Below, piece by piece: positions 1 to 14,876 of a stretch of DNA of 64,000 nucleotides; the stretch's first letter is position 1; each line of letters starts with the position of its first letter. The position numbers and the translations under genes were made by a program. The notes under the pieces were generated by a model. That model had not been told where the DNA came from. It did no database searches and saw only the letters and a program-made list of their open reading frames with translations. Location: positions 43,338,001 through 43,402,000 of the forward strand of contig OX597829.1 of assembly GCA_951406725.2 (NCBI GenBank), written 5' to 3'. Source of the stretch: Octopus vulgaris (taxonomy: Eukaryota).

Positions 1-317
<317 letters not shown>

Positions 318-381
318 CAGAAATACAAAATTTACCACTTTTATGAAAGGAGATAAATTCTATCACAGATGTTGAAGAAAG

Positions 382-1575
382 TTATTTAAAAGCTTCTGGG
401 TAAACAACATTCTTTGTTTTCTGGTTTGGGGCATAGACAAATAAGCCCTGGAGCAACCAACATAAAGTAGTTGACCACGAGAAAAGCAAGTCAGTAGATT
501 TCAAAGACTGACCTTGAGCCTTATTAATAGACATTGCAAAGTCAAGTCGCACTGGGAATTGTGTTCTTTTGGACTCAAATGACATGTCTGTTGGTTTGAT
601 TGGAATTCTTGGAATAAAAGCCTCTTCCCCAGGAGAACATCCATTGATGATGGTAGCTTCCGTCATGTTAGGTGGTAGTGTCTTCACAATCAACCTTGTC
701 CCATTGCATAATTTAGGAAGATCTAAATTTCTTAAGGTTTATGTGGAGGAGATCCAGGTGGCTCAAGAGAATTTAGGAGCTCTGTTGGGTGATGGACAGC
801 TTTATTTTCATCAAGGACTGAATCAACTGATTTGTACTTCTTAATGAAACTTGGAATCTTATTCCTTAATTCGTGGTTAAACCTTGCTACTGTCTCATTT
901 TTTGGAACAAGAATTGCCCTTTCACACAACCATTTATGTGAATTATAATCCACATAAATATCCTGTTCTTCAATTCAGCTGGAGAATTCACCATGATAGC
1001 AATATAAACCAAATTGATATCACCATTCCCATCAAATGGTGATATCAAATTTTCCCATTTCCTAATTGGAGAAACCAGGTTGAAAACTGTTTTGCACATA
1101 GGTCCACATGTAAAGAAGCTCGCACGTTAGTATTGAAGAAGAATTTCAATACTTTATTCCATAGGTGTGAAGACTTAATGCATGCTTTTATTTCATCAGA
1201 TCTTGTTCGTCTCGGAATGACTGGTAATGTCTGTCTGAAGTCTCCTGATAAAACTAATGTAACTCCTCCCATAGATTTATTGTTGCCTCTGATGTCCTGT
1301 AAGCTCTTACCAAGAGCTTCCATTGCACCTCTATGTGACGTGGTGTATTCATCCCAAATGAAAAGGTGGCATTGGCACAACACCTCTGCTGAACCTGTCA
1401 TTTGTGACCAGGTTTAGTGATAATTTGAAAGCAGAATGGGCTGTTCGACCTCCTCGGAGAATGGTGGCAGCAAAGCCAAACAATGTTAGAACAACTGCAA
1501 TTCTTTTTCTTGCCTTACTTTGGAGAGAAGCAATGTTACAAATGTTTTACCTGGAGCATCAAAAACAATCCCTCT
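382..1575 (-). pseudogene. Helitron Rep/Hel PIF1-family helicase remnant (frameshifted)
   Basis: Consecutive minus-strand frames give DAPGKTF (decayed Walker A), AATILRGGRTAHSAFKL, LFIWDE..HRGAMEAL..SLQDIRGNNKSMGGVTLVLSGDFRQTLPVIPR, WLCERAILVPKNE, ELLNSLEPPGSPPH, FIPRIPIKP, QFPVRLDFAMSINKAQGQSL and TKNVVYPEAF. Confidence 0.92.
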
Positions 1576-1626
1576 GAAATGGTCGCGTGTACGTGTACGA
1601 GAAAAAGAAAGAGAGAGGGGGACAGA

Positions 1627-1711
1627 GAGTGAAGGGGTGTGCCGTTATGTAAAGGTACATACATAAATAAGCATACATCCATTTTTTTGTACGTATGTAT
1701 GCGTGTGTATG

Positions 1712-1753
<42 letters not shown>

Positions 1754-1862
1754 CCGTTTAGACATCATTCTCTCTTTCTTTTAGGCACACGCACACATAC
1801 ATACAAAAAGATGTATGCTTATTTATGTATGTACGTATATATGACAGCACACCCCTTCACTC
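1627..1862. repeat. Imperfect inverted repeat with ~80-bp arms around an (AG)n spacer
   Basis: 1627-1707 (gagtgaaggggtgtgccg...catacataaataagcatacatc...gcgtgtg) is the reverse complement of 1786-1862 (cacacgc...gatgtatgcttatttatgtatg...gcacaccccttcactc). Confidence 0.85.
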
Positions 1863-2135
1863 AATCTCTCTCTCACACACACACACAAAAACACACACAC
1901 ATACATAAATGTATACAAACGTAAATACAAAAACATGTGTGCGTGTATGGCTGCCTACAAATACATAGAGCTGAACATGGTGCGCAAAAAGTAAATAAAT
2001 AAATAAATAAAATTTACGGAAATTAACGAAGTGTGCGGATTCAAGTGAAAGAACGCGTATATTTGTTTTGGACACCCCATGCTGAATTGCAAAATTTTAA
2101 TGTGATATTTGTGTAATAACGAAATCAAATCTGGA

Positions 2136-2169
<34 letters not shown>

Positions 2170-2439
2170 TAGGGGGAAGAGAGATACAGGGAGAGAGAGA
2201 AACAGATTGAGAGAGGTGGGGTGAGAGAACATTGCAAACAATGAATGAAAAAAAAACATGAAATGAAAATCATCTTATAAATAAAAGCTTTTTAAAAACT
2301 ATCTTGTGCCGAATATTTAAATTTGTGAACTTCGTAAATATTTCTTTCAGTAATTTATCGAAGTTGTTTACAAATAGTGAACTAAAACTTGAAATGAAAA
2401 CATTAAAGTAGAGAGTGAGAGATATCACAAATTAAAGAG

Positions 2440-2675
2440 GAAAATTTCGCCGTTGCTACGACAATACCGGAAGTTGACTTTAAGAATCCATTTTAAAAAA
2501 GCGAATCATATATATAAAGCAATATTATTTATTTTTAATAAAAAATATAGACTGAAAACCCTATTATGTAACCGAGGTCAAGTTATTGATCCATCCCAAG
2601 TATAGAAGCAATTGGTGAAGCCGTTTTCGCGTGAAAAGCGAGCACACACACACACACACACACAGGTCTATTTTA
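2440..2675 (-). mobile_element. Probable Helitron 5' subterminal region
   Basis: The minus strand reads aataaaatagac-(tg)n-ctcgcttttcacgcgaaaacggcttcaccaatt, the microsatellite plus ..cacgc..aaacggct..accgatt layout typical of animal Helitron 5' ends. It is on the same strand as the helicase remnant. Confidence 0.5.
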
Positions 2676-2988
2676 TTCTTCTTTTCTATTCTAGGCACAA
2701 AGCCCAGTACGCGACCCCAGTACGCAACTGGAATTTAATTTATCGACCCCGAAAGGATGAAAGGCAAAGTCGACCTCGGCGGAATTTGAACTCAGAACAC
2801 AAAGACAGACGAAATACCTATTTCTTTACTACCCACAAGGGGCTAAACACAAAGAGGACAAACAAGGACAGACAAACAGATTAAGTCGATTACATCGACC
2901 GCAGTGTGTAACTGGTACTTAATTTGTCGACCTCGGCGGAATTTGAACTCAGAATGTAACGGCAGACGAAATACCACTAAGCATTTCA
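2676..2988 (-). mobile_element. tRNA-derived SINE, family B (Meta-domain-like core), partial dimer
   Basis: Minus-strand B box gagttcaaattcc followed by gccgaggtcgactttgcctttcatcctttcggggtcgataaa; the same sequence recurs at 29.2-29.9, 31.4, 35.1-35.5 and 63.8 kb. Confidence 0.85.
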
Positions 2989-3545
2989 AATGAGTCACAG
3001 GATGCATATTATGTAAATTCAAAGTGCCATACATATTCAGTGTTTCCTCTTTTCGAGTACTTTTCTAACGGTCACTCAAATGTCCATTGTGTATTGGATA
3101 TCGATACATACCCCTGGTAGCTTTTTCGCAAAGCAAAACCTGCTCCTATTTCTTTGGACATGAACTCACCGGGAAGCATCTGACCGAGTATACGGAATGT
3201 TCAGTTGGTAGTTGACACCTGTAGCTAACAGTTGCATCCAGATTGTGAAAGCTTACCATAACGTTTAATCTAAATACAGTGAAATTTTAAGACTTCATTT
3301 TGTTTATGGGCATATGTGGGTTAATAAACTTTATTGATCGGTTATAACTTACTTCGATTTAGCTATACACATATTGTCTATGTTTCAGGCTAACCACCTC
3401 TCTGCCCACGGCTATATGGATCTGACTATCACTTTATTATGTGGTGGTATTCATTCGTAGCCGAGTAAGCCGGTTCTGCAATTTCTTTCTGAACGACCTG
3501 CACAAATCATTTGTTTATAGTAATCAAATATTTATGTTGTATATT

Positions 3546-3624
<79 letters not shown>

Positions 3625-3976
3625 CCCACCGCAGCAACCTGGCGTCGCTTGAAGCGGTACACGGTGCACGGTGCACTATACATCAGGTGTTGTAGCGGTC
3701 ACAGAGCAACATCAGATGAAGTGCTTTGCTGAAGAACACAATGAACTGCCCGGTACAAGGCCATGGTCTCGCTAGGAGCGACATGAACTCTGGGCCATGC
3801 ACCATCACACTTTATTCTATATATATATATATATAAATGACTTCCATGGACACGGTATTTCGTTATGCAACCATATACTACAAAAGTATTTATAAGTCAA
3901 CACCGTGTTCTCTCTCTCTCTGTATATATATATATATATATATGTGTGTATGTATATACATATATATATATAATAC

Positions 3977-4016
<40 letters not shown>

Positions 4017-4529
4017 TAATAATGAGGAGAACAAATATATATATATATATATCCAGTTTTATTCTGCAGTCAGTCACTTCTTTAGATTTCTGCATCTACA
4101 TTTCTGCTGCAATTTTGTTCACACTACAGAATTTTGCATCGTGTGCATTTTGATGTTATTTGTCGCTTTCTACTTTAGGGTGCTATTAACATCAAAACTG
4201 CACACCAAGATGCAAATTCTGCAGTGTGCATAAAATTGCATGTGTAGGTGCAGAAATGGAGGGAAATGATTGACTGCAGAAAAAAAGAAACTAGGTATAT
4301 AAACCACCATTCTCTCTATTAATTTATTATTCCTTCTCCACCGATAAAATACAATCCCTATAGAAAGATGGATATACCGACGTGAAGATATACTGAGGAT
4401 TGTAAAATAAACTTACAGGAGATTTCCGACACTCACGGAGGTTAGGCAACAGTATTCACCATTAAAAATGAATACGGTTCCCTCTAGGATTGTATTTCCC
4501 TAGCAATCCAATTTGGAAATTTACCTACA

Positions 4530-5346
4530 CATACACATACACACACACACACTCACACACACGCACGCACGCACGCACGCATACGCACACACACACACAT
4601 ATACAGAGACAGATAGATAGACAAATAGATAAACAGACAGATAAATAGGTACATTGATGGATAGACAGACAGACGGACAGACACATATGAATAGATAGAT
4701 AGATACATGCATACATGTATACATGCATACATGCATACATACATACATACATACATACATACATACATACATACATACATACATGCATACATACATACAT
4801 ACATACATACATACATACATACATACATGCATGCATACATACATACATACATACATACATACATACATACATGCATACATACATACATACATACACACAC
4901 ACATACATACATACATACATACATGCATTCATGCATACATACATACATGTACATACATACATGCATGCATACATACATACGTACATACATACATACATAC
5001 ATACATACATACATACATGCATACATGCATACATACATGCATACATACATACATACATACATGCATACATGCATACATACATACATACATACACACACAC
5101 ATACATACATACATACATACATGCATTCATGCATACATACATACATGTACATACATGCATACATGCATACATACATACATACATACATACATACATACAT
5201 ACATACATACATGCATTCATGCATACATACATACATGTACATACATGCATACATGCATACATACATACATACATACATACATACATACATACATACATAC
5301 ATACATACATACATACATACATACATACATACATACATACATACAT
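4530..5346. repeat. Compound (CA)n/(GATA)n/(CATA)n microsatellite
   Basis: Direct inspection. It explains the MYVC/HTYI pseudo-ORFs. Confidence 0.95.
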
Positions 5347-5436
5347 TACTGTTATCCGTGTTTGTGTTTCAGTGTTTCAAGCGCAGTAGAAAAGAAAACA
5401 AGGGTTGTACCAAAAGCGCAATTTAGCCAGCTAGTC

Positions 5437-5472
<36 letters not shown>

Positions 5473-5714
5473 CACAAACATACATACATACATAGGTATG
5501 TAACATATGTCCCAGACTGAATAAAGCAATGTTGTCGATGTCAACAGCTAAAATGCGTTACAAGCTGCAACACAGCATAGCCACGTTATCAGAAGGACCT
5601 AGTAAGGTAAAATGTATATTTCATAGGTTTTGTTATATTTTCATTCTAGCGGTTTTCGTTTTTTAAATGTTCCAAGCCGGAAATGTACATGAATATCATA
5701 AAGTTTTCATTATA

Positions 5715-6215
5715 TTTTATCTTTTTCTTGTTTTAGTCATTATACTGCAGCCATGCTGGAGCATCACCTTGAAAAAAAATATTTAGTGGAATGTATCGAC
5801 CCCAGGACTTATTTTTTTGAAAAAGCCCGGTATTTGTTTTATCAGTCTCTATTACCGAACTGCTAAGTTACGGGGGACGTAAACACACCAGCACCGGCTG
5901 TCAAGTGATGGTATGGGGACAAACACCAGCGCAAAGACACGTACACACACACATGAATACAGATATATTTATACATATATAAGACGGGCTTCTTTCAGTT
6001 TCCGTCTATCAAATCCACTCTCATATAATTGATTTACTGAATCTCCCAGAGAACTACGTTAAGGGCACGCTTGTTTGAAGAGTGCTTAACTACTTGCATA
6101 TTAATTTCATGAGCAGGCAGTTCTGATATTATAGTAGAAGACACTCGTCCAAGGTGTCGATGGAGGGATTGAACCCCGAACCATGTGGCTGGAAATCAAG
6201 CTTCTTACCACATCC
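5715..6215 (-). mobile_element. tRNA-derived SINE family A, diverged, with an internal fragment of family C
   Basis: Contains ctgcagccatgctggagc, ccgaactgctaagttacggggg and tttcagtttccgtctatcaaatccact; ccagagaactacgttaaggg (family C) is inserted near 6045-6120. Confidence 0.75.
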
Positions 6216-6388
6216 GTAAATTACATTGAAATGGGGTTAATAAAAATACATGTTGAATTAATAAAATATATACGCAGCTGAATTCACGTATTTCCCATTG
6301 TCCGCATGTCAAGTGCTGTTTTGGTTTCATGGAGAAACAGAAAGTAATCTCTCCTTTCATTTGCCTGTTCTCAGTTAATTTCCTTAGC

Positions 6389-6662
6389 AATTTAATTTAG
6401 TTAAGTTAAGTTAATTTTTTGGCTCGAAAAGCAAAAAGCAAGGCCATGTAGGGGGACATGGAGTTATGTACAAGGAGGGTGTTCATGCAAAGAGTTCAGG
6501 CCATTTCTGGTCAAGGGAGAGTTTGAACCGAGCGATCGCCGGCATCTTCACTATCTCGTCCAGCAGCTTATTCCACGGATATGCAACCCGGACGGAGAAA
6601 GCCCCTCTCCTTCGATTGAGATGAAATCGTCGCAGATAGAGCTTTTCGGAGTGACCCAGTTT
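6389..6662 (-). mobile_element. CR1-group LINE 3' end (ORF2 C-terminus, 3' UTR, short repeat tail)
   Basis: GHSEKLYLRRFHLNRRRGAFSVRVAYPWNKL...FKLSLDQKW matches the CR1 RGH..KL...FS.RV...WN.L...FK..LD tail. Ends in (AACTT)n-like repeats. Confidence 0.85.
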
Positions 6663-6684
6663 CTCCAGTAATAACAGGTACTTC

Positions 6685-6999
6685 ATCGAGTACGACAGTG
6701 ACTGTTCTAGTCGATCCGATCAATAGAACAGCCTGCTCGTGAATTTAGCGTAGAAGTGGTTGAGCACACTACGAACACACGTATACTTAACGTAGTTCTC
6801 AGTGACATTCAGCGTTACACAAAATGTGACAAGGCCGACCCTATGAAATAGAGGTACTACTCATTTTTGCCAGCTGAGTGGACTGTAGGACCGTGAAATA
6901 AAGTCTCTTGGCTAAGGACAAAACGCGCTGACAGGAATCGAACTCACGACCTTACGTTTGTGAGCCGAATACTCTAACCACTAATTTACACACCTTCAC
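6685..6999 (-). mobile_element. tRNA-derived SINE sharing the family C 3' half
   Basis: Minus-strand head tagtggttagagtattcggctc...gagttcgattcctg. The 3' part gatccgatcaatagaacagcctgctcgtg matches 56510 and 62410. Confidence 0.75.
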
Positions 7000-7357
7000 A
7001 ACAATACTATATAATGTGTCCCTAAACATGTAATGTGTCTCTAGTCCAACAGCGGCTGATACAGTATATTGTCATCGTAAAATGAAAATGGCTCGCTAGG
7101 TAAATCGTGCTATGATAGACGCTTATTTGGATGTCTATCGTGAGAGAGAAAATGAGTGAGAGAGAGAGAGAGAGGGGGGAGAAAGAGAAAGTTAGAGAAA
7201 GAGACAGAGACCGAGAAGGTTAGGGAAAGTGGTAGAGAGTGCGCTGGAAAGTAAGAGAGTAACACAACCTGTTTAGTCAATATGAACACACGAAAGTATT
7301 CATTCAACAACATATAACAATACATACACACCCACACACACACAAACACACAAACGC

Positions 7358-7399
<42 letters not shown>

Positions 7400-7819
7400 G
7401 TATGTATTGTTATATTTCAGAGATTTTGTTTTGTTTTGTTTTTGTTTCTTTTCTTTGCCAAATAAACACATGCAATATATATATATATATATTCGTTCCT
7501 CACTCGTTTCTTATTGTTCTTGTTTTATCTTATGTCCATTGTCTGGAAATCTTTCATCATACATGTATGTGTGTGCTCTTCAGCGACTCATTCCGTCTAC
7601 GTGTGTATCGTCCTACTACGCTTACTCCATTCTGACTTACAGAATAATGGACAAAGTGGAAACAGTATCTGTTTCAACAAACAGTTTCACATCAGGTCTC
7701 TTGTAACACGAATTCATTAAACGTGTATATATATATATACATATATATATGTATGTATGCATATATATATATATATATTTATATATTTATATATATATAT
7801 TGTATTATATATATGTATG

Positions 7820-7885
<66 letters not shown>

Positions 7886-8049
7886 GTAACCGACCAGGCT
7901 ATCAAATGTTGCTACACATCGCTGGTCACAATGCGCTTTGCATTGTTTTAGCGAGCAGGCCAACAGAAGAAAGAGTGTAAGAAAGTTGTGGCGAAAGAGT
8001 ACAGTAGGGATCTGAACCCAGAACCATGTGGTTTGGAAGCCTCTTATGT

Positions 8050-8296
8050 ATCTTTTATCTTTTTTGTTCCAGTCGTTGGACTGCGGCCATGCTGGGGCAC
8101 AGCCTTGAAGGGTTTTAGCCGAACAGATCGATTCTAGGACTTATTTTCGCAGTCTGATACTTACTCTATCGATTTCTTTTGCCGAGCTGTTAGCTTATGG
8201 AAATGTAACCAGATGTATACATATCAACCCGGTGGCTAACAAACACAGACATAAAGACATACAAACATACATACATATACATTTATATGTATATAC

Positions 8297-8328
<32 letters not shown>

Positions 8329-8374
8329 ATATATATATGTGTGTATATATATATGTATATATATATATGTATAT

Positions 8375-8406
<32 letters not shown>

Positions 8407-8555
8407 GTATATATACACGACATGTTTCTTTCAGTTTCCGTCTACCTAATCAGCTCACAAGGTTTTAGTTGACCCGAACTTATACTAGAAAACACTCATC
8501 CAAGACGCAATGCAGTGAGGCAGAACCAGGAAACTTGTGCTTGAGAAGCCACGCT
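8050..8555 (-). mobile_element. SINE family A, diverged
   Basis: gactgcggccatgctggggcac...tttcagtttccgtctacc... Confidence 0.75.
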
Positions 8556-9088
8556 TTTATATAAAATATATATATTTTCTAATTTTTACGATACCATTTT
8601 GCTCAATTAACCATAGATTCCTATAGTAAATTCTATAAATACTAACAAGTAAAATTTCAACTTCACCACATGCCTTGGAGTAAGCGTTACTGATGAGCAT
8701 TAATTTCAAGCAAAATTGGTGTGCCAATCTAATGCCTAATCTTACGGTAGGTATGTTATCTCCCTTGTCAATACATAGAACAAGTACTTTCGTGGTTAAA
8801 GAGTCTGTGTCTCTTATTTCTAGCAACACAGATGCTCCTGCAGCCTTGTTCACTTTTAATGGCGGTGAATTATTTTCTTTTTGGTTTTAAATTTCATCTA
8901 TTTTATGCCCGTGATTTTGAAAAGGTTAATCGAAAGTGCCGCACAATAGAACAAGAACTTCTTCCGAATAATGGTAGTAACATCCTGATGAAAGATTTTT
9001 ACAAGTATTTTTTAAAATAATTCTTTTAAAAAATCCCATTTATACTTAAAAGCAGTATTAAGTAATTTTTCATCAAGACTTTCAAATT

Positions 9089-9141
<53 letters not shown>

Positions 9142-9526
9142 ACAGACAGACATACGCAATACAAAAACATACATATAGGTGTGTATGTGTGTATATGTAT
9201 ATGTATATATATATATATATGTATGCACATATATACATATATATATATGTATATATATATATTTATATTTATATGCATACATGCATGCATACATGCATAC
9301 GTATACACACTGACACAAACCAAATCTTACAAGGCTTTTGTCAGTACGAAGCTGTAGTAGAAGCCATCTAGTCAAGGTGCCAGGCATTGGGACTGAACCT
9401 GGGACCATGTAGTTGGGAAGCGAGCTTCTTTCCATTCATCTCTGCCACTTCTTATCATATTATAAATATATACACGTATACTGAGAGATAGAGAGAATGA
9501 GAGAGAGAGAGAGAGAAAGAAAGAGA

Positions 9527-9586
<60 letters not shown>

Positions 9587-9597
9587 TATATAGAAGG

Positions 9598-9648
9598 AGC
9601 TTCTACAGGACTAGTACTGTTTCATTCAAGAGAAATCTTCAGGAAGCT
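9598..9648 (-). ncRNA. Type I hammerhead ribozyme motif in a PLE-like terminal fragment
   Basis: Minus strand: agcttc-CTGAAGA-tttc(tctt)gaat-GAAA-cag(tactagtc)ctg-TA-gaagct. Perfect 6-bp stem I, intact core, GUA cleavage triplet; one mismatch closes stem II. Confidence 0.8.
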
Positions 9649-9843
9649 ATTTAACAAGAATTGTATTAGCATTTATACATTTAGGCAGGTTTAAAGGAGT
9701 GGTGGTGGGGGACTTTTTTGGGGGTAGGCATAGCGCAAAATATCATACTTGGGGGAGTGGTCAAGGAGTCAGTGGTAAGTTAGATGAAAGAATAGATAAA
9801 TAAAAAAATAAATAAAAAAATAAAAAAATAAAAAAATAAAAAA

Positions 9844-9892
<49 letters not shown>

Positions 9893-10057
9893 GGGGCAGG
9901 AGTGGCTGTGTGGTAAGTAGCTTGCTTACCAACCACATGGTTCCGGGTTCAGTCCCATTGCGTGGCACCTTGGGCAAGTGTCTGCTGCTATAGCCTCGGG
10001 CCGACCAAAGCTTTGTGAGTGGATTTGTTAGATGGAAACTGAATGAAGCCTGTCGTA

Positions 10058-10149
<92 letters not shown>

Positions 10150-10378
10150 AGTGTATATGTTTGTGTGTCTGTGTTTGTCACCCAACGTCGCTTGACAACC
10201 AATGCTGGTGTGTTCATGTCCACGTAACTTAGTGGTTCGGCAAAAGAGACCGATAGAATAAGTACCAGGCTTACAAAGAATAAAGTCCTGGGGTCGATTT
10301 CTTCGACTAAAAGGCAGTGCTCCAGCATGGCCGCAGTCAAATAACTGAAACAAGTAAAAAGAGTAAAAGAGTAAAAGG
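9893..10378 (+). mobile_element. SINE family A (tRNA head, CORE-like ccttgggcaagtg, internal TA/TG microsatellite), full length
   Basis: A box ggagtggctgtgtggtaag, B box ccgggttcagtccc, tail (aaagagta)n. Confidence 0.92.
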
Positions 10379-11036
10379 GAGATATATGTGTTTATAATAC
10401 GAGTGTATACATTCAACGTACACATCATATTTTAACTTAGCCCTAAATGCTGTGTTATCCACAAATACGTGCAGACGTTAAGACGTTAAAAGAAAAAAAA
10501 AAGCAGAACTAACGCTAAACGCAGTTACACACGTTAACGCACACTCGTTCGCTTAACGGCCATAATCGCATGCGATCGTGCAGGCGCACACACAGATACA
10601 GCGTTTAACCGGCGGCACAGGCGAATGCGAAATATGGCACGACTATCGTTCTATATAGCCCTCTAAGTTACCAAACTACTGTGCACTGCTAAGAAAATTT
10701 GCCACACACATATGAAAAATAGAATCATATGCACAGAGAGAGAGAGAGAAACAGACAAATAGACACACACATACACGCACTCATACACGCATTCATACGC
10801 GCGTGCGCACACACGCACACAGACAGGCGTATGTATGCACAACAAATACACATTTATACGTATATTACATATACAGATTCACATTCACATTTGTTTACTA
10901 CATATTACAAATACACGTGAGCACATAGACATTCGATTAATATATATAAACATATTCGTGTATGTATGTATATATGTATGTACACATGTATATGTATACA
11001 ATTATACAGATAAATATATACTTTTATAAAGATATA

Positions 11037-11086
<50 letters not shown>

Positions 11087-11185
11087 AATATATATATATA
11101 AATGTGTGTATGTATATATATATGCATATGCATGTAGATATGCATACACACACACACATACACACATATATGCATATATATATAT

Positions 11186-11219
<34 letters not shown>

Positions 11220-11324
11220 CACATATATATATGTATATATATATACATATATATATATATGTAAATATAAATATATATATATATATATATACATATATAT
11301 ACATATATATATTTTATTTTATTT

Positions 11325-11740
11325 TATTTTTTTTACTTGTTTCAGTCACTTGACTGCGGCCATGCTGAAACACCGCCTTAAGTCGAACAAATCGACCCTA
11401 GGATATATACTTTGTTGACCTAGTACTTAATTCTATCATTCACTTTTTCTGAACCGCTAAGTTACGGAGACGTAAACACACCAGCATCGGTTGTCAAGCA
11501 ATGTTGTGGGGACAAACACATACACACACTCATACATACGCACACACACATGTATATATATGTATATATATATATATATACGATGGGTTTATTTCAATTT
11601 CCGTCTACCAAATCCACTCACAAGGCTTTGGTTGGCTCGAGGATATGGTACAAGACACTTGCTCAAGGAACCACGCAGTTATACTGAACCCGGAGCCAGG
11701 TAGTTGGGAAGTAAGTTTGAGAAGCAACCACATCTGCGCA
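11325..11740 (-). mobile_element. SINE family A, near full length
   Basis: Reverse-complement match to 9893-10378. Confidence 0.88.
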
Positions 11741-11761
11741 TATGTGTGTGTTTATGTGTGC

Positions 11762-11986
<225 letters not shown>

Positions 11987-11987
11987 T

Positions 11988-12067
<80 letters not shown>

Positions 12068-12299
12068 CCACACACATACATACAAGGTGACGTTGAAACA
12101 GAAAGTAAAGGAGTCTCAGTAAAGAACTCGAATGTTTGGACCTCCCACCCGGCCTCTTGCGACACCCTTGAAGCATGAAAGTTTTCAGCACTCCCGTTTA
12201 AATAAATATATAATTGCTATTCTTTTATATGATTCATATGTGTGTGTGATTGTGTGTGTATTATATATATATATATATATATACATGTGTGTGTGAATA

Positions 12300-12353
<54 letters not shown>

Positions 12354-12459
12354 CCCATGAACGCATACATATAAATTATTGTCCACAATTACTTGGTGCA
12401 AATTTCGATCCCTTAGACATTCATCGTATTGTGTGTCTGAGTTTCCCTCTGTCTGCTTA

Positions 12460-12545
<86 letters not shown>

Positions 12546-12711
12546 GTAGCTATCTAGCTAGCTAGTCTAGCTAGCTAGCTATTTCACACACAGATTCTGT
12601 CTCAGTTTCTGTTAATGTATATACATACATACATACATATTGTCAATAAAAAAGGGTAAAATTAATTAATTATTAATTAATTTGACCGAGCAGTGTTTTA
12701 CCGTACATACA

Positions 12712-12797
<86 letters not shown>

Positions 12798-12908
12798 ATA
12801 TGTGTGTGTGTATGTCATTAAATACGTACGTGCTCTTGTATAGCCGCAACAGTTAAACGCGCGTGTATATCATGCGTGTGTTTGTGTGTATATATATATA
12901 TAAAGGAG

Positions 12909-12979
<71 letters not shown>

Positions 12980-13238
12980 TCCTTTATTTTCAACCTTTTA
13001 CTTGCGACAGTCATTTGACTGCTTCCGTGGTGGAGCATCGCCTTAAATGTTTTAGTCGAAGAAATCCTCTCCCCCCGGACGTATTCTTTGAAGTCCTAGT
13101 ACTCATTCTGTCGGACCTCTCGGCCGAGCTGCTAGTTTACAGGACATAAATATACCAGCATCGGTTTCCAAGTGATGGAGGTGAGGGGAGGGGAACACAG
13201 ACACACACATACACACATAAATATATACATACATAGTA

Positions 13239-13306
<68 letters not shown>

Positions 13307-13526
13307 TTATTTATTTATTTATTTTATCTAGTTTCAGCTCACGAGCTGTGGCCATGCTGGGGCACATAAGACAGGCTTTCTCCAGTTTCACTCTACCAAA
13401 TTAACTCACAAAGCTCTGGTCGGCCTGAGGTTAAAGTAGAAGAGACATGTTGCCCAAGGTGTCACTCAGAAGAACTGGACCCGGAACCAAGTGGACAAGA
13501 GGCAAGCTTCGTACCACACAGCCACG

Positions 13527-13530
<4 letters not shown>
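12980..13530 (-). mobile_element. SINE family A, diverged
   Basis: cagtcatttgactgc...ggagcatcgcc...cccaaggtg...ccacacagccac. Confidence 0.75.
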
Positions 13531-13592
<62 letters not shown>

Positions 13593-13632
13593 AGAGAGTC
13601 AGAGAGAGAGAGAGAGATAAAGCAAACGATAA

Positions 13633-13705
<73 letters not shown>

Positions 13706-13824
13706 CAGATAGATACATAGATAGATAGGTAGGTAGATAAAACCCATAATCGTTAGTCCCATAAATATATTCTGTTTCGCTTGTGGCTTATCGGGAACTA
13801 AGGAACAAATTTTAGGATGGGTAA

Positions 13825-14087
<263 letters not shown>

Positions 14088-14394
14088 GCGATGGCCGTAA
14101 GTTGCCAGTGAAACATGTTCTTCACTTCATCTTTATTGTTACTATTATTATTATTATTATTATTATTTAAGTTCCTTCGTCTTAACACACGCCCACACGC
14201 ATGCGACGCATGCACACACACACATGCACACTTACATACACACTTGCATACACACACAAACACACACATGTAATATGTGTAAAAATATAGAATATATACA
14301 TAACACACACACACATATATATAATTTATATAATACATATAAAATATATCCATAATATATATATATGATATATGGTATATATATATGATACGCC

Positions 14395-14618
14395 CTTTTA
14401 TTCTTTTACTTGTTTCAGTCATTTGACTGCGGTCATGCTGGAGCACAGCCTTTCGTCGAGCTAATCGACCCTAGGAATCATTCTTTGTAAGCCAAGTACT
14501 TATCTATCGGTCTTTTGCTATATTAGAAGACACTTGCCCAAGGTGCCACGCAGTGGTACTGAACCCGCAACCATGTGGTTGGTAAGCAATCTACTTACCA
14601 CACAGCCACTCCTGCGCC
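14395..14618 (-). mobile_element. SINE family A, internally deleted
   Basis: Tail and head are present (...ccacacagccactcctgcgcc) and the middle is missing. Confidence 0.88.
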
Positions 14619-14667
14619 TATATACATATATATATATATCATATTTGGATTAACTAAATATACATTT

Positions 14668-14821
14668 AGTGGCTGTGTGGTAAGTAGCTTGCTTACCAAC
14701 CACATGGTTCCGGGTTCAGTCCCCTTGCGTGGCACCTTGGGCAAGTGTCTTCTACTATAGCCTCGGGCCGACCAATGCCTTGTGAGTGGATTTGGTAGAC
14801 GGAAACTGAAAGAAGCCTGTC

Positions 14822-14876
<55 letters not shown>

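Noticed and set aside
8557-8890. Non-repetitive ORFs of 98 and 65 aa
   Set aside because: No recognisable motif or splice context; probably decayed repeat sequence.
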